Shown in pieces: positions 10,113-20,013 of a stretch of DNA of 64,000 nt (positions within the stretch are counted from its first letter, which is position 1; each line of letters begins with the position of its first letter). The stretch lies in assembly GCA_949878485.1 (NCBI GenBank), contig CATLAM010000002.1, forward strand, positions 55,397 to 119,396, given 5' to 3'. This DNA is from an uncultured Eubacteriales bacterium (lineage in GTDB: Bacteria; Bacillota; Clostridia; Christensenellales; UBA1242). A program made the translations under genes and the position numbers. The notes beneath the pieces were generated by a model. That model saw only the letters and a list, made by a program, of their open reading frames with translations, searched no databases and was not told where the DNA came from.

Positions 10113-10667
10113 TTAATATAACCTCTTTAAAAATTCAAACACTTCTTCTATCCATTCAGTGCGTGGATGCAATTTGTTTTCTTTTTGCAAAGCCTTCACT
10201 TCAAAATATGACATCCATTTGATGTCTTGCACTTCATCATCATTAAATTTAATGTCTAAATCTTTGCCTTCCACAAAGATTACAAAAAGTTCATAGAAAC
10301 TTTTTTCGTCAATAGGCGTTCCGTCCTTTTCAGTAAAGTGATGAACATTTTTAAATGATGAAATAAAACGACATTCACGAATTTGAATATTTCTTTTCAT
10401 TATATAACCTATCTCTTCATTTAATTCTCTATTCAATGCTTCCATAGGACCTTCCCCACTTCTGATGTGACCCGCCGTCGACAAATCCCAAAGTCCAGGA
10501 AATTTTTGTTTTGAATTAGAGCGTTGTTGCATTAAAACTTTATTGTTTTCATCAACAATTGCTCCAATAACAGCACGATGCCACTCTCTGCGTTTATGTG
10601 TTTCATCACGCGAAAGAATCTCCCCAGTTCTCACACCATCTTCATTTAATATGTCAATATATTCCAT
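10113..10667 (-). CDS. NUDIX hydrolase (IPP-isomerase-like subfamily)
   Basis: WHRAV, QQRS..K..FPGLWD, AGHIRSGE...ALNRELNEEIG Nudix box. Confidence 0.88.
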   Translation of the reverse strand: MEYIDILNEDGVRTGEILSRDETHKRREWHRAVIGAIVDENNKVLMQQRSNSKQKFPGLWDLSTAGHIRSGEGPMEALNRELNEEIGYIMKRNIQIRECRFISSFKNVHHFTEKDGTPIDEKSFYELFVIFVEGKDLDIKFNDDEVQDIKWMSYFEVKALQKENKLHPRTEWIEEVFEFLKRLY

Positions 10668-10686
10668 GTTTACCTCAATTTAAGCA

Positions 10687-10714
10687 ATTGTAACACGGGG
10701 GGGGGATTTGTCAA
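10687..10714 (-). promoter_or_regulatory. Sigma-A promoter of the NUDIX gene with a C9/G9 tract in the spacer
   Basis: Minus strand TTGACA-AATCCCCCCCCCGTGT-TACAAT (16-nt spacer, extended TG). Confidence 0.75.
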
Positions 10715-10749
10715 TAAAATACAGTAAATTAGATTAATTTTTTTACATC

Positions 10750-10777
10750 AAAAAAAGTGAAGCCAAAAACTTCACTT
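10750..10777 (-). terminator. Intrinsic terminator of the sleB-ypeB transcript
   Basis: Minus strand AAGTGAAG-TTTTTGG-CTTCACTT followed by a T run. Confidence 0.7.
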
Positions 10778-10876
10778 ATATAACACTTTATTTTGTAGAA
10801 ATAATTATAATCAGCAACTTTTCATTTGTTTTGCATAGAGGTTTACTTGGCAATCAAATAAGAACTGCCCTATTAT

Positions 10877-10967
10877 TGGAAAGAGATTGGAACGAGAAAC
10901 CAAAGATTTAGGCGTTTGATTTGTAAAACAAATTGTGTCACCGTATAAAATCTTTGGCATCCCCCAG
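10877..10967 (-). repeat. Structured dispersed motif, family A copy 1 (3' of ypeB)
   Basis: Aligns with 22762..22840; CCAAAGATTT/AAATCTTTGG stem. Confidence 0.75.
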
Positions 10968-10973
10968 TCAAAT

Positions 10974-12407
10974 TTACATCAATTTACTTCCGTCATCAGT
11001 TGTGACAACTTTCAAAATGTTTTCTTCAGCACCCGTTTGAGCGTTGATGTAAATATAATAAGTTGCATCGTTTCGTTCACATTCAAATTCATGACATAAA
11101 ACTTCACGATTATATTCAAGTGGTGCAAGCACAATTCTGCTTCCCACAATCACAAAACTGTCGCCAACAAGTTTTTCTGCGTCTGCAGTTGTTAAACTTG
11201 CTTTAGGAACTGCTCTTTCAGTGTGATTTGTGTAATATGTCATGGCGTCATAGCCGATTATTGTTCCAGTTTCAAGGTCAACTTTAACTTTCACAAGGTC
11301 AGGATAAAGCACTACACCATTTTGCATAGGTGCAACATTGAAGAATGCTGAACTTCCAATTACATCGCTCCAAACAACTTGAACATCATTAATGCCATTG
11401 TTTCGAACAAAATCCAAAGCAATTTTTTCTGCTTCATCTTTGCTTAAAGTTTGAGAATGATTTACTGTTCCACCGCTGACAGTCAAAATATGTCCGCCAA
11501 TTTTAGTTGCCTGAACATAAAGTTTTTGATTGTCTGCATTTGTAAGCATGAAGTTATATGTTGAAAATCTGCCGTCTGATTGACCTTGATATTTCAAACT
11601 TGAAATGTTTTTAAACACCTTGTCAATAATGGCATAACATTCTTCTTTTGTCACTTCATCGCCTGTCAAACCTTTAATTTGTTGATTGACTACTGAATCA
11701 GCAAAAGGTCCGTCATAAATCATGGTTGGATAATCTGCACCATCTGCTTTAATTTGTGCAAAATCTAAAGTAAATCTGTCAAAATCCCCCACCATATCAC
11801 CGCTGGCTTTCAATATGTTGTAACCATATGCCATTTGTTGTGTCATGTTGTTGAGATATTTTTTCATTTCAGTCAACGAATCGTGCATTTGATTTAATGT
11901 GTCAAGGTCACTTTCAGTAAGTGTTCCACCTTGAACAAGTTTTTCTTCCAAAGTCTGAGTGTAACCAGACATTTGATTGATAAACTTCACACATTCCACA
12001 ATGTCATCTCCAGTAAGTGGCAATGAAGCAATGTTGTTTTGCATCTCTTTGGAAGTTTGAGCCACATCTGTAAGCATTTTTGCTTGATAAGAAGAACTGT
12101 TTGAAGCCAAAAGTTTGCTCATAGATGTGTCTGCACTGTTTACATTGTCGACAAGTTCGTAATAATTTTTTTGATATAAGTTTTCCAAATGGTTGGCATA
12201 TTCATTTTCCATTCCAATGGAAACGCCAAGCCCAATGGCAAGTCCAAGTGTGCTTGCTCCCAAAATGCTGGTGGCAATTGTAAGTCCAATCACAGCACCT
12301 TTATATCCTTTATTTTTATTGTTTGATTTTTCCTTTGTGTTTGACTGTTTTGCTTTTGACGATGTTGTTTCTTTTTTGTTTTTTGTTTCTTTATTTTCTT
12401 TCATCAC
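10974..12407 (-). CDS. ypeB: Germination protein YpeB
   Basis: N-terminal TM, LENLYQKNYYEL, YPTMIYDGPFADS, YPDLVKVKV, IYINAQTGAEE (PepSY); downstream of sleB. Confidence 0.93.
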   Translation of the reverse strand: MMKENKETKNKKETTSSKAKQSNTKEKSNNKNKGYKGAVIGLTIATSILGASTLGLAIGLGVSIGMENEYANHLENLYQKNYYELVDNVNSADTSMSKLLASNSSSYQAKMLTDVAQTSKEMQNNIASLPLTGDDIVECVKFINQMSGYTQTLEEKLVQGGTLTESDLDTLNQMHDSLTEMKKYLNNMTQQMAYGYNILKASGDMVGDFDRFTLDFAQIKADGADYPTMIYDGPFADSVVNQQIKGLTGDEVTKEECYAIIDKVFKNISSLKYQGQSDGRFSTYNFMLTNADNQKLYVQATKIGGHILTVSGGTVNHSQTLSKDEAEKIALDFVRNNGINDVQVVWSDVIGSSAFFNVAPMQNGVVLYPDLVKVKVDLETGTIIGYDAMTYYTNHTERAVPKASLTTADAEKLVGDSFVIVGSRIVLAPLEYNREVLCHEFECERNDATYYIYINAQTGAEENILKVVTTDDGSKLM

Positions 12408-12416
12408 TTCTCTCCT

Positions 12417-13103
12417 TTAAATGGCAAACACATGGTTTCCAATAGTTACAACTGTTTTTTTGTTGTAAATCCATTTACTTGTTGCAGTCTTTGCATTATA
12501 GTAATACAAACATCCATAAGTTGGATCCCATCCATTCAATGCATCACGAGCAGCATTAAAAGCAGTTTGATTTGGAGATAAGTTTATTTGTCCATCATTG
12601 ACAGCAGTGAATGCCCAAGGTTGATAGATTACACCTGCAATCGTGTTTGGAAAGTCTGCACTTTTTACTCTGTTTAAAATTACAGCAGCAACAGCAACTT
12701 GTCCTTCATAACTTTCGCCTCTTGCTTCAGCATAAACACATTTTGCAAGAAGGTTTAAATCACTGTTTGAAATAGAACTGTCATCCTTTCCACTTCCAGT
12801 CAAAGTGATTCCCATGGCAGCAGCAGTTTTCTTTCCAACTATGCCGTCTGCAACAAGTCCATTTTTTCTTTGAAAACTTTTTACAGCCGCTTTTGTCTTA
12901 GCACCAAAAATTCCGTCAACAGAGCCTGTGTAATAGCCCCATCTTTTAAGTTTGTTTTGCACTGTTTTTGTTTGACTGTTGGTCAACGCTTCAGCCACTT
13001 CAATGTTTGAATTTATGTAATTTGATGAGATGATGACATACGACCCCATCGCCATAATTGCAAAGACCACCGCAAAGGTAAGTGCAATAAGTTTTTTCTT
13101 CAT
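12417..13103 (-). CDS. sleB: Spore cortex-lytic enzyme SleB
   Basis: Signal peptide, PG-binding domain (VDGIFGAKTKAAVKSFQ), Hydrolase_2 (AEARGESYEGQVAVAAVILNRV, GWDPT). Confidence 0.95.
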   Translation of the reverse strand: MKKKLIALTFAVVFAIMAMGSYVIISSNYINSNIEVAEALTNSQTKTVQNKLKRWGYYTGSVDGIFGAKTKAAVKSFQRKNGLVADGIVGKKTAAAMGITLTGSGKDDSSISNSDLNLLAKCVYAEARGESYEGQVAVAAVILNRVKSADFPNTIAGVIYQPWAFTAVNDGQINLSPNQTAFNAARDALNGWDPTYGCLYYYNAKTATSKWIYNKKTVVTIGNHVFAI

Positions 13104-13121
13104 AAGTTTCTCCTTTTTCTT

Positions 13122-13649
13122 TTATGATTTTGTTACACTATTTATAATCTCCCAAATTTTTGAAATATATTCGCAGTTTTCAAGATTTTCAGAAGAAAGA
13201 AAACACACAGCAGGAAAAACCACACACCACCAGTTGTCGCCTTGTGCATTGCCAAGTTCAATTTCAAGACAGTCATAGATGCCACTTTCCAAAACAAAAT
13301 TGGAATAAGCACGAGTTGGCACTTCTTCTTCCGACATCTTAACTTTTGCATCATAAGAAACACCTTCCACTTTTAAAGCATAAGAAACTACTTCTTCAAT
13401 CTTGTTTAAATTTGCTTTCACAATTTTCATTGCTTCATCTTTGTTTGTTGCATCAGCAAGATAAGGAATTAAAAAATCAACTACCGCATCTTTAACCACA
13501 TATTTAACATTTTGGTCTTGTGTGGAATTGGAATTTGCAGAAATGTGAATACGCAAATAATCTTGATTTACTTCGTCTTTTTTAAAACCACAAAAACAAA
13601 TTGCACCAACAATAATAATTACACCAACAAATGACAAAATATATTTCAT
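13122..13649 (-). CDS. spoIIR: Stage II sporulation protein R
   Basis: LRIHISANSNS..DQ.VK, G.AQGDNWWCVVFP; start MKYILSF after GAGG. Confidence 0.92.
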   Translation of the reverse strand: MKYILSFVGVIIIVGAICFCGFKKDEVNQDYLRIHISANSNSTQDQNVKYVVKDAVVDFLIPYLADATNKDEAMKIVKANLNKIEEVVSYALKVEGVSYDAKVKMSEEEVPTRAYSNFVLESGIYDCLEIELGNAQGDNWWCVVFPAVCFLSSENLENCEYISKIWEIINSVTKS

Positions 13650-13752
13650 AACAACCTCGCAATTTGATTTTTGGCTGAAAACAATAAAAAAAACGCAAAA
13701 TTTTGCGTTTTTTTTGATAAATTGTTCGTTTTTTTGATTTGAAGAAACAATC

Positions 13753-15267
13753 TTATGCTTTTTGATAGAAGACAATAACACCTTCATCTTTTTCAAGTGG
13801 GAAAATCAAATCAGGGTTTTGAAGCAAAATTGTTGTTTCAGAAACTCTTAAATTCTTGGCAACTTCCCAAGCACTTTGTCCTTGTGAAGCAAACACAAGT
13901 TCTAAAGCACAGTCGCGTTCTGGATATTCAGACGCCAAATCCACTTTTGAAATAACAGCAGAAATTTCTTCACAATCATAATCAACATGCACTTTAATTT
14001 TTGCGTCAAAGAAGAACTCTCTTCCTTTTTTCACAACAACATCTACATCGTGCAAAATTGCATGAGCGCTTACATCAGCAGTTTCACAATCTACACTTGC
14101 CTTATCGCTTACAACAAATGGAACTTCAATAACTACGCTGTGAAGTGAGTTTGTTTCATCATTGAGATAGATGACATTTGTCTTAGTCACACCTTCAACA
14201 ACCACTTCACCATTTTTAAGGTAAGCGTTTGTAAGACACAAATTAGAGCCACCAACAAACATAATTTTGTCAACTCTTGGCTTATCAGAATCCAAAACTA
14301 AATTGCCATCAATTTTGCTTTCAAAATAGTCGCCAACAGTTTTCTTTGTCATGTCAAAAGATTCAGTTGTTACTTCAAGTTCGTTGTTTAAACTGTAAAC
14401 ATCTTTAATGACAGTTTGAGAGATTTCCATATAAGAAGTAACTTTCACTTCAACAGGCACAACAAGTTTGATGTTGACACCTTTTTCAACTTCTTCAATT
14501 TCACACTTAACAGCACTTTTCTTAACACAAGCAACTGCTTCGCTGATGGCTTCTCTTGTCACGCATTCAAGTTCAATTTCTTCCTTGAAATTTTCTGTCA
14601 CATAACATGATTCAAAACGATCTTTTTCTGTAAGATATAAAATTCTTGAAACGACTTCTCCTCCAACGGAAACAAAGTCAACTCCGCTTTCCACGCTTTT
14701 TACAGAAACTTGACTGTCGCAAAGAAGCACTTTTTGAACAGGTTCTTTAATGGAAACTTCACTTTCAACAGAAAACACCTCTTTTGCTTGACCAACCAAA
14801 GTGTTAACAAAGATTTCGTCTTCTTTAAGACAAATGTTTTCGTCACCAGTTGTGACATTTGAAACTTCATTACACTTAATCAAAACGCCACTTTGAGTGC
14901 AAGCACAAGTCAGTTTAATGTTGGAATTCGCTACACTGTCAACAGTGCAATCTTCCACATTAACATCTATTCCGACTTTATCCCCAACTTGAATTGCTGT
15001 GTCTTCAAATTTAGACACAAACGGACAAGTTGCATTAAGCGTTCCAATTTCACCGTCAACAGTGGAATAAAGAATGCAAACATCAATGTTTCCAGAATAG
15101 TTTACTTCGCCATTAAGCACTTCTGCATTTTCAGCAGTTGCAGAATGACAAACAGACAAGATTTTGTCTATTTCACTTTCAGTTGCAACATTGCATTCCA
15201 CATTAAACCCACTTGTTTCCAAGCGTTTCTTCTTGACCACATTAAATTTATTGATTTCAAATGCCAT
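13753..15267 (-). CDS. SPOCS/DUF3794 spore-coat morphogenetic protein (SipL-like) with degenerate C-terminal LysM
   Basis: Three beta-rich acidic repeats (G.....ILY....E.PF pattern); C-terminal GQSAWEVAKNL...ILLQNP; lies between veg and spoIIR. Confidence 0.8.
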   Translation of the reverse strand: MAFEINKFNVVKKKRLETSGFNVECNVATESEIDKILSVCHSATAENAEVLNGEVNYSGNIDVCILYSTVDGEIGTLNATCPFVSKFEDTAIQVGDKVGIDVNVEDCTVDSVANSNIKLTCACTQSGVLIKCNEVSNVTTGDENICLKEDEIFVNTLVGQAKEVFSVESEVSIKEPVQKVLLCDSQVSVKSVESGVDFVSVGGEVVSRILYLTEKDRFESCYVTENFKEEIELECVTREAISEAVACVKKSAVKCEIEEVEKGVNIKLVVPVEVKVTSYMEISQTVIKDVYSLNNELEVTTESFDMTKKTVGDYFESKIDGNLVLDSDKPRVDKIMFVGGSNLCLTNAYLKNGEVVVEGVTKTNVIYLNDETNSLHSVVIEVPFVVSDKASVDCETADVSAHAILHDVDVVVKKGREFFFDAKIKVHVDYDCEEISAVISKVDLASEYPERDCALELVFASQGQSAWEVAKNLRVSETTILLQNPDLIFPLEKDEGVIVFYQKA

Positions 15268-15376
15268 AGTTCCCTCCATATCAAAACTAGTATATTATAC
15301 TAAGCCCTTATCACACTTAGAACAAAAATTTGAATAAACTTTTTTAAATTGTCAAAAATCGCTTTAAGGAGCAAAT

Positions 15377-15610
15377 ATGAGAAAGATAATTTATGGACTT
15401 GACGACATCAAGTTGAAAATAACCAATATGAAAGGACAAAATGTTCAAATGAGCATCAATCGTGGAAGAAAAAAGATTGAGTTTGTTCACGCCACCATTA
15501 AGGATGTCTATCCAAGCGTGTTCACAATTAAGACATCAGATGAAAAGTTGCAAACCTTTTCTTATTTTGATGTGCTTTGTGGAAATGTTGTTCTTGACGA
15601 AAAAAATTGA
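15377..15610 (+). CDS. veg: Veg family protein
   Basis: NRGRKK...IKDVYPSVFTI...FSYFDVLCGNV. Confidence 0.92.
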   Translation: MRKIIYGLDDIKLKITNMKGQNVQMSINRGRKKIEFVHATIKDVYPSVFTIKTSDEKLQTFSYFDVLCGNVVLDEKN

Positions 15611-15633
15611 ACCACTGGTTGACATTTTATATA

Positions 15634-15662
15634 TTGACAGCAATATATCATTATGATATAAT
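15634..15662 (+). promoter_or_regulatory. Consensus sigma-A promoter
   Basis: TTGACA-17 nt-TATAAT with extended TG. Confidence 0.8.
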
Positions 15663-15691
15663 CTCAATATGTAAGGGGGTAACCAAAGAAA

Positions 15692-16279
15692 ATGGATAAA
15701 CAAATCTATATCACACCAAAACTTTTAAAAAGCAGAATTGCAGATGAAGTAAAACTTGACGAAAAACATTTTGAAAGTCTTTTTTCAGAAACAGGTTTAA
15801 TCGGAGGTTTTACACCAGAAGAATTTGTTTTCAGAAAATTTTTAAACAGCGTAAAAAAACTTGCACTTCAAATCAACAAAGAAAACATTGACACTTTAAA
15901 TCAAAATGCAATAAATGATGCAATTTTCCGTTTGGAAATTGCCGCTTTGACTCAGATTGACAAAGAAAACATGACAATGAAATTTGACATGGCAATGTTT
16001 AAAACAAAAAATGAAGTCATGAAAGTTCTTCAAGTGTTTTCGCCAAATGTCATTCAATATGTTGCATTGAAACGTGGCTTAAAATTGGAAGACGGAACAA
16101 CATTCTTTGCAAATAATCATCCAGCATATCTTAACAAAAAACTTGTGGCTTGTAAACCAATTTCTGAAAGGAAATTAATCACAAGCATCGGCGAAAAACT
16201 TAAAATCGATTATTCAGAGTTGCTTCCAAAAGAAAAACCAAGGCAAACACTTTCAAAACCAATCATCAAGAATTTATAA
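15692..16279 (+). CDS. Hypothetical (orphan) protein
   Basis: 195-aa ORF with RBS (AAGGGGG), promoter and terminator; no family recognised. Confidence 0.8.
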   Translation: MDKQIYITPKLLKSRIADEVKLDEKHFESLFSETGLIGGFTPEEFVFRKFLNSVKKLALQINKENIDTLNQNAINDAIFRLEIAALTQIDKENMTMKFDMAMFKTKNEVMKVLQVFSPNVIQYVALKRGLKLEDGTTFFANNHPAYLNKKLVACKPISERKLITSIGEKLKIDYSELLPKEKPRQTLSKPIIKNL

Positions 16280-16280
16280 G

Positions 16281-16304
16281 AAAAAACCGCTTCTTGCGGT
16301 TTTT
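16281..16304. terminator. Bidirectional intrinsic terminator
   Basis: AAAAAACCGC-TTCTT-GCGGTTTTT. Confidence 0.8.
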
Positions 16305-16309
16305 ATTTT

Positions 16310-16852
16310 TTATATAATTTCTCCATCTTTGTTTAAAAACTTTGTCCCATCCACAACAATAACACGATATTCTTGTTGTTTAGTTCCTTCTTGCCAAGTT
16401 ATTGAAAAAGTGGCTTCATTATTTTTCTTATCAAAACTTGGGTATATATAGAAGAATCTTTGATTTACTCCGTTGATACTTTCCAGAAAATCGCCTGCCG
16501 AATAAGTTACATCATTCATTTCCAAAACTGCATTATCAAGGTCAAGTTCTACATCTGGTGCAGTTACTTTAAGCCCAACTCTGTTGCCTTCCGCATAACC
16601 TTTGCTTTCATCTCCTGTTGTATATGTTAAATATTCATCTTCGCCACCTACATAAACTACACCTTCATTTTTGTCAAAAACAAAACTTAAACTGCCACCG
16701 ACTCGTGCTTCATCACGAGTTATTTTTGCAGTTGGAAGTTCTTTATCTCCACAACCAATTGCAAAAACCGCACAGCCAAGACATAAAACAATCAACATAA
16801 CTTTCAACATTTTCATAGTCTTATTTTGTGAAAATGTCGAAAATTTATTCAA
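16310..16852 (-). CDS. Putative lipoprotein
   Basis: Basic N-region, hydrophobic core, lipobox-like AIGC; beta-rich body. The start may be a downstream Met. Confidence 0.7.
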   Translation of the reverse strand: MNKFSTFSQNKTMKMLKVMLIVLCLGCAVFAIGCGDKELPTAKITRDEARVGGSLSFVFDKNEGVVYVGGEDEYLTYTTGDESKGYAEGNRVGLKVTAPDVELDLDNAVLEMNDVTYSAGDFLESINGVNQRFFYIYPSFDKKNNEATFSITWQEGTKQQEYRVIVVDGTKFLNKDGEII

Positions 16853-16908
16853 TTTGTCGAAAATACTTTATATTTATTATATTTTTATTTAAAATAAATA
16901 CCTATTAT

Positions 16909-18384
16909 TTATCTTTTCACAGACTGTTCGTTGGCTTTAATCTGCACTTTAAGCACATCACTTCGTTTAATGGAATATTTTGAAAAAATTATAATAGCCA
17001 AAGAAATTGCAATCGCACTTCCAAAAAAGACAATCTTGCCAAGTCCATTCTGCACAGAAAGTGCTTGAACAGGTTGAGATGAGTCAAATTTAACCAAATC
17101 TAGAAGTAACCCAATGAAAAGCAAAGCAATTGAATTGGAAAAATTATATGTGAAAGTGTAATAGCCTGTATAGCGTCCTGCATTGTTTATGCCAGTGCGA
17201 TATTGCTCCATTGTCACAACATCAGCATACATGGAATGTGGAAGAGAATATAAAGCACCCGAGCCAATTCCGCAAATAAACAAGCAAGGAAAAACAAACC
17301 AAAAGATGAAATCAGAAGAACAATAAAGTCTGAACAAAAATGTTATGCTGGTCATGGCAATTCCAAACAATAAAACTGCCAAAGCAAAAATAAGCGTTTG
17401 TTTTTTGTCATATTTTTTAACTATGTTCACCCACAAAACTTGAGAAGCAATTGCCCCACCAAACAGACAAATCATAAGCACCGAAATTTGTGTGCTGGAA
17501 AAGTGATAACAAAAAGTAAAAAGATGCATTCCAACAGAAGTTATAAATACAGTGGCAATTAAAGACACAGAATATCCAAGCATAACAGTTCTGAAATCTT
17601 TTTTCTTAAATGTTTCAACATATCCAGAAAGAATCTTTTTAAAACTGTGATTCTTTTGCTTGTCCACTTTTTTGTCTTTAGAAACTTCTTGTTCTTCCAA
17701 CTTTTCATGATAATTAGGCATCGACCTTACACGCTTAATAGTTCCAAATATTGTGATAAGACCACACACCAAAACAAGTGCCGAGTTGACCAATGCAATG
17801 TAAGTGTAAGCATTTCTGTCAAACTGTCCTTGTGTTCCTGCTCCAGATGAAGGCATGAAAACTGACATCAAAATGCTTGGCATAATAAGCCCAAAAATGT
17901 AGAAAACAGTTTTATATCCTTGAGTTTTAGATTGGTCATTATAGTCGGGTGCAATGTCAATGCAAAGTGCCGAATAAGGTGTGGCAAAAAAAGTGTTGAA
18001 AGTTTCTTGCAACAACAAAAACACAAAAAGCCAAAGAAGAGCCAAAAGGTTGCCATTTCCAAAAGGACACAGCCAAAGCAAAACATTACAAATGGCAAGA
18101 GCAAAAGAAGCAAACAACATATGCCCTAATCGTCTGCCAAAAACTTTGCTTCTTGTTCTGTCAGAAAGGAAACCAATAATCGGATCAGAAAGACCATCCC
18201 AAAGGGAAGTTAAAGCAATCATAAAACCCACAAGCATGCCAGAAAGCCCCAGCACGCTTGTCCCAAAAAACATAATAAAAGTGCTGACGGTTTGTCCCAT
18301 TGACCCATAACCAAGGTTTCCAACACCATAGCAAATTTTTGTTCTTAAATTCAGTCCATTTTTTTTATTTTGTTTTTTCTTCAC
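16909..18384 (-). CDS. MFS glycoside-pentoside-hexuronide (MelB-like) symporter
   Basis: YGVGNLG, WDGLSDPIIGFLSDRTRS..GRR, PYSAL, MYADVV; about 12 TMs; GTG start. Confidence 0.88.
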   Translation of the reverse strand: MKKKQNKKNGLNLRTKICYGVGNLGYGSMGQTVSTFIMFFGTSVLGLSGMLVGFMIALTSLWDGLSDPIIGFLSDRTRSKVFGRRLGHMLFASFALAICNVLLWLCPFGNGNLLALLWLFVFLLLQETFNTFFATPYSALCIDIAPDYNDQSKTQGYKTVFYIFGLIMPSILMSVFMPSSGAGTQGQFDRNAYTYIALVNSALVLVCGLITIFGTIKRVRSMPNYHEKLEEQEVSKDKKVDKQKNHSFKKILSGYVETFKKKDFRTVMLGYSVSLIATVFITSVGMHLFTFCYHFSSTQISVLMICLFGGAIASQVLWVNIVKKYDKKQTLIFALAVLLFGIAMTSITFLFRLYCSSDFIFWFVFPCLFICGIGSGALYSLPHSMYADVVTMEQYRTGINNAGRYTGYYTFTYNFSNSIALLFIGLLLDLVKFDSSQPVQALSVQNGLGKIVFFGSAIAISLAIIIFSKYSIKRSDVLKVQIKANEQSVKR

Positions 18385-18476
18385 AAATTATATATATGAA
18401 CCTAAAATATTTAAAATAACAAACATCTTCACGCTTTGTTTAAATGTTTTCCAGCCTAATAAAAAAAAGAAAGTGA

Positions 18477-19259
18477 TTAAACACTTTCTTCAATTTTTTT
18501 CTTACCTTTTTTCTTCTTGCCTTTCATTTCTTCATCATTTTCATCAGATTTTTTAACAGTTGGAATGCGTGGGTGCAACATAACATCTGCCATTTCAAAA
18601 CGGTTTCGATTGACAAACTGCAATTCTTTGCAATAATGCTCAATAACATCCAAAATTTGTTGTCTTTCTTTTTCATAACTTGGGTCAGCAAGCATTTCAA
18701 TTGAGAAATTTCTTCGTTTTGCTTTTTTCCCAGTGCGGACATCTTTAACTTTTAAATTTTCAAAATTAATTTCGGCTTCATAACCTGTTCCGCTGACAAT
18801 CTTATATCGATTTCCTGTCATTTCAATTCTAACATAAGGTGTTAAATGCTTAACCACATCCACCAAATTGACAGTAAAAAGATTATAAAACGTTTTATTC
18901 ATAACATCTGCAATCTGCACAGGAAAGTCACTTGGTTGGTCTTTAGGTTCACATTCACCTAAGAAAGATTTTTTCTCACGATTTTGAATGTTATTCATCG
19001 AACTAATACGCACCAGTGAAAAATATGCTCTGTTTGGATGCTGTTTTTTTCTCAGCAAAAGCCCAGCCCCTGTAAGCAAGTTTCTTTCAGTGTCATAAAT
19101 GGTTTCGATTTCGTTTATTTTCCCATCATAAATAATGGAATAAAAACCAAGTTTAGTCGTCATTTTATGCAAAGTAAGTTTTTCATTATCTATAATGATG
19201 TCATAATTCATTCTTATGGACGGAAATTTATTGGGTTTTCCCCTATCGCCAAGAAACAT
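18477..19259 (-). CDS. Hypothetical protein, divergent CYTH-like
   Basis: IYDTERNLLTGAGLLLRKK resembles the CYTH YxDT...L...G..LR segment; EXEXK not seen. Confidence 0.55.
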   Translation of the reverse strand: MFLGDRGKPNKFPSIRMNYDIIIDNEKLTLHKMTTKLGFYSIIYDGKINEIETIYDTERNLLTGAGLLLRKKQHPNRAYFSLVRISSMNNIQNREKKSFLGECEPKDQPSDFPVQIADVMNKTFYNLFTVNLVDVVKHLTPYVRIEMTGNRYKIVSGTGYEAEINFENLKVKDVRTGKKAKRRNFSIEMLADPSYEKERQQILDVIEHYCKELQFVNRNRFEMADVMLHPRIPTVKKSDENDEEMKGKKKKGKKKIEESV

Positions 19260-19360
19260 AACAACTCCTTTATATAGTTATTGTAAACAAAAAAACAAAA
19301 AAAAGCAAATGTTTAAACAAACAAAAAAAAGTCAATACTTGAATGTGAAAGGAGAAAATT

Positions 19361-19969
19361 ATGAATTTTAATGACAGTGTAACAAAAAATAATCTTGCGC
19401 GTTCTTTTTCAGCGGAGTGTCAAGCAGGTGCAAGATATCAATTTATGTCCAAACTTGCCATAGCCGATCAACAAAAATTTATTTCTGACACGCTTAAAAC
19501 TTTGGCTAAAAACGAAATGGCTCATGCGAAGGTTTTTTATGACCACATCATAAAGATGAACGGTGGAAGTGTAAAAAACATTCCCATTGAAGCAGGTTAT
19601 CCATTTGACGACCCAATCTTAAAAACCAGTTTAATGGAAGAAAGCAAAATTGAACTTGCCGAAGGTGACAACATCTATCCAAGTTTTGCACGAATTGCAC
19701 GCGATGAAGGCTTTCCAGAAATTGCCAAGTCATTTGAACTTGTGGCAAAAGTGGAAAAGACACATTTCCGCATTTTAAACTATCTTGCAAAATTGTATAA
19801 AGCCAACAAAATGCATAAAAGAAGTGTGGCAACTGAATGGAAGTGCGGAAATTGTGGAAATGTTGAAATCTCTAAACAAGGTTGGACCACATGCCCACTT
19901 TGCAGTATGCCAAGCGGTTATATAATTATTGATTTTGAAAAAGAAGAAAAAACTGACCCAAACAATTAA
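19361..19969 (+). CDS. rbr: Rubrerythrin
   Basis: NLARSFSAECQA, NEMAHA, IARDEGF, VEKTH, C-terminal WKCGNCG...CPLC rubredoxin site. Confidence 0.92.
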   Translation: MNFNDSVTKNNLARSFSAECQAGARYQFMSKLAIADQQKFISDTLKTLAKNEMAHAKVFYDHIIKMNGGSVKNIPIEAGYPFDDPILKTSLMEESKIELAEGDNIYPSFARIARDEGFPEIAKSFELVAKVEKTHFRILNYLAKLYKANKMHKRSVATEWKCGNCGNVEISKQGWTTCPLCSMPSGYIIIDFEKEEKTDPNN

Positions 19970-19998
19970 AAAAAATCTCACATCTTGTGAGATTTTTT
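19970..19998. terminator. Bidirectional intrinsic terminator
   Basis: AAAAAATCTCACA-TCT-TGTGAGATTTTTT. Confidence 0.85.
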
Positions 19999-20013
19999 GT
20001 TGTGACAATTATA

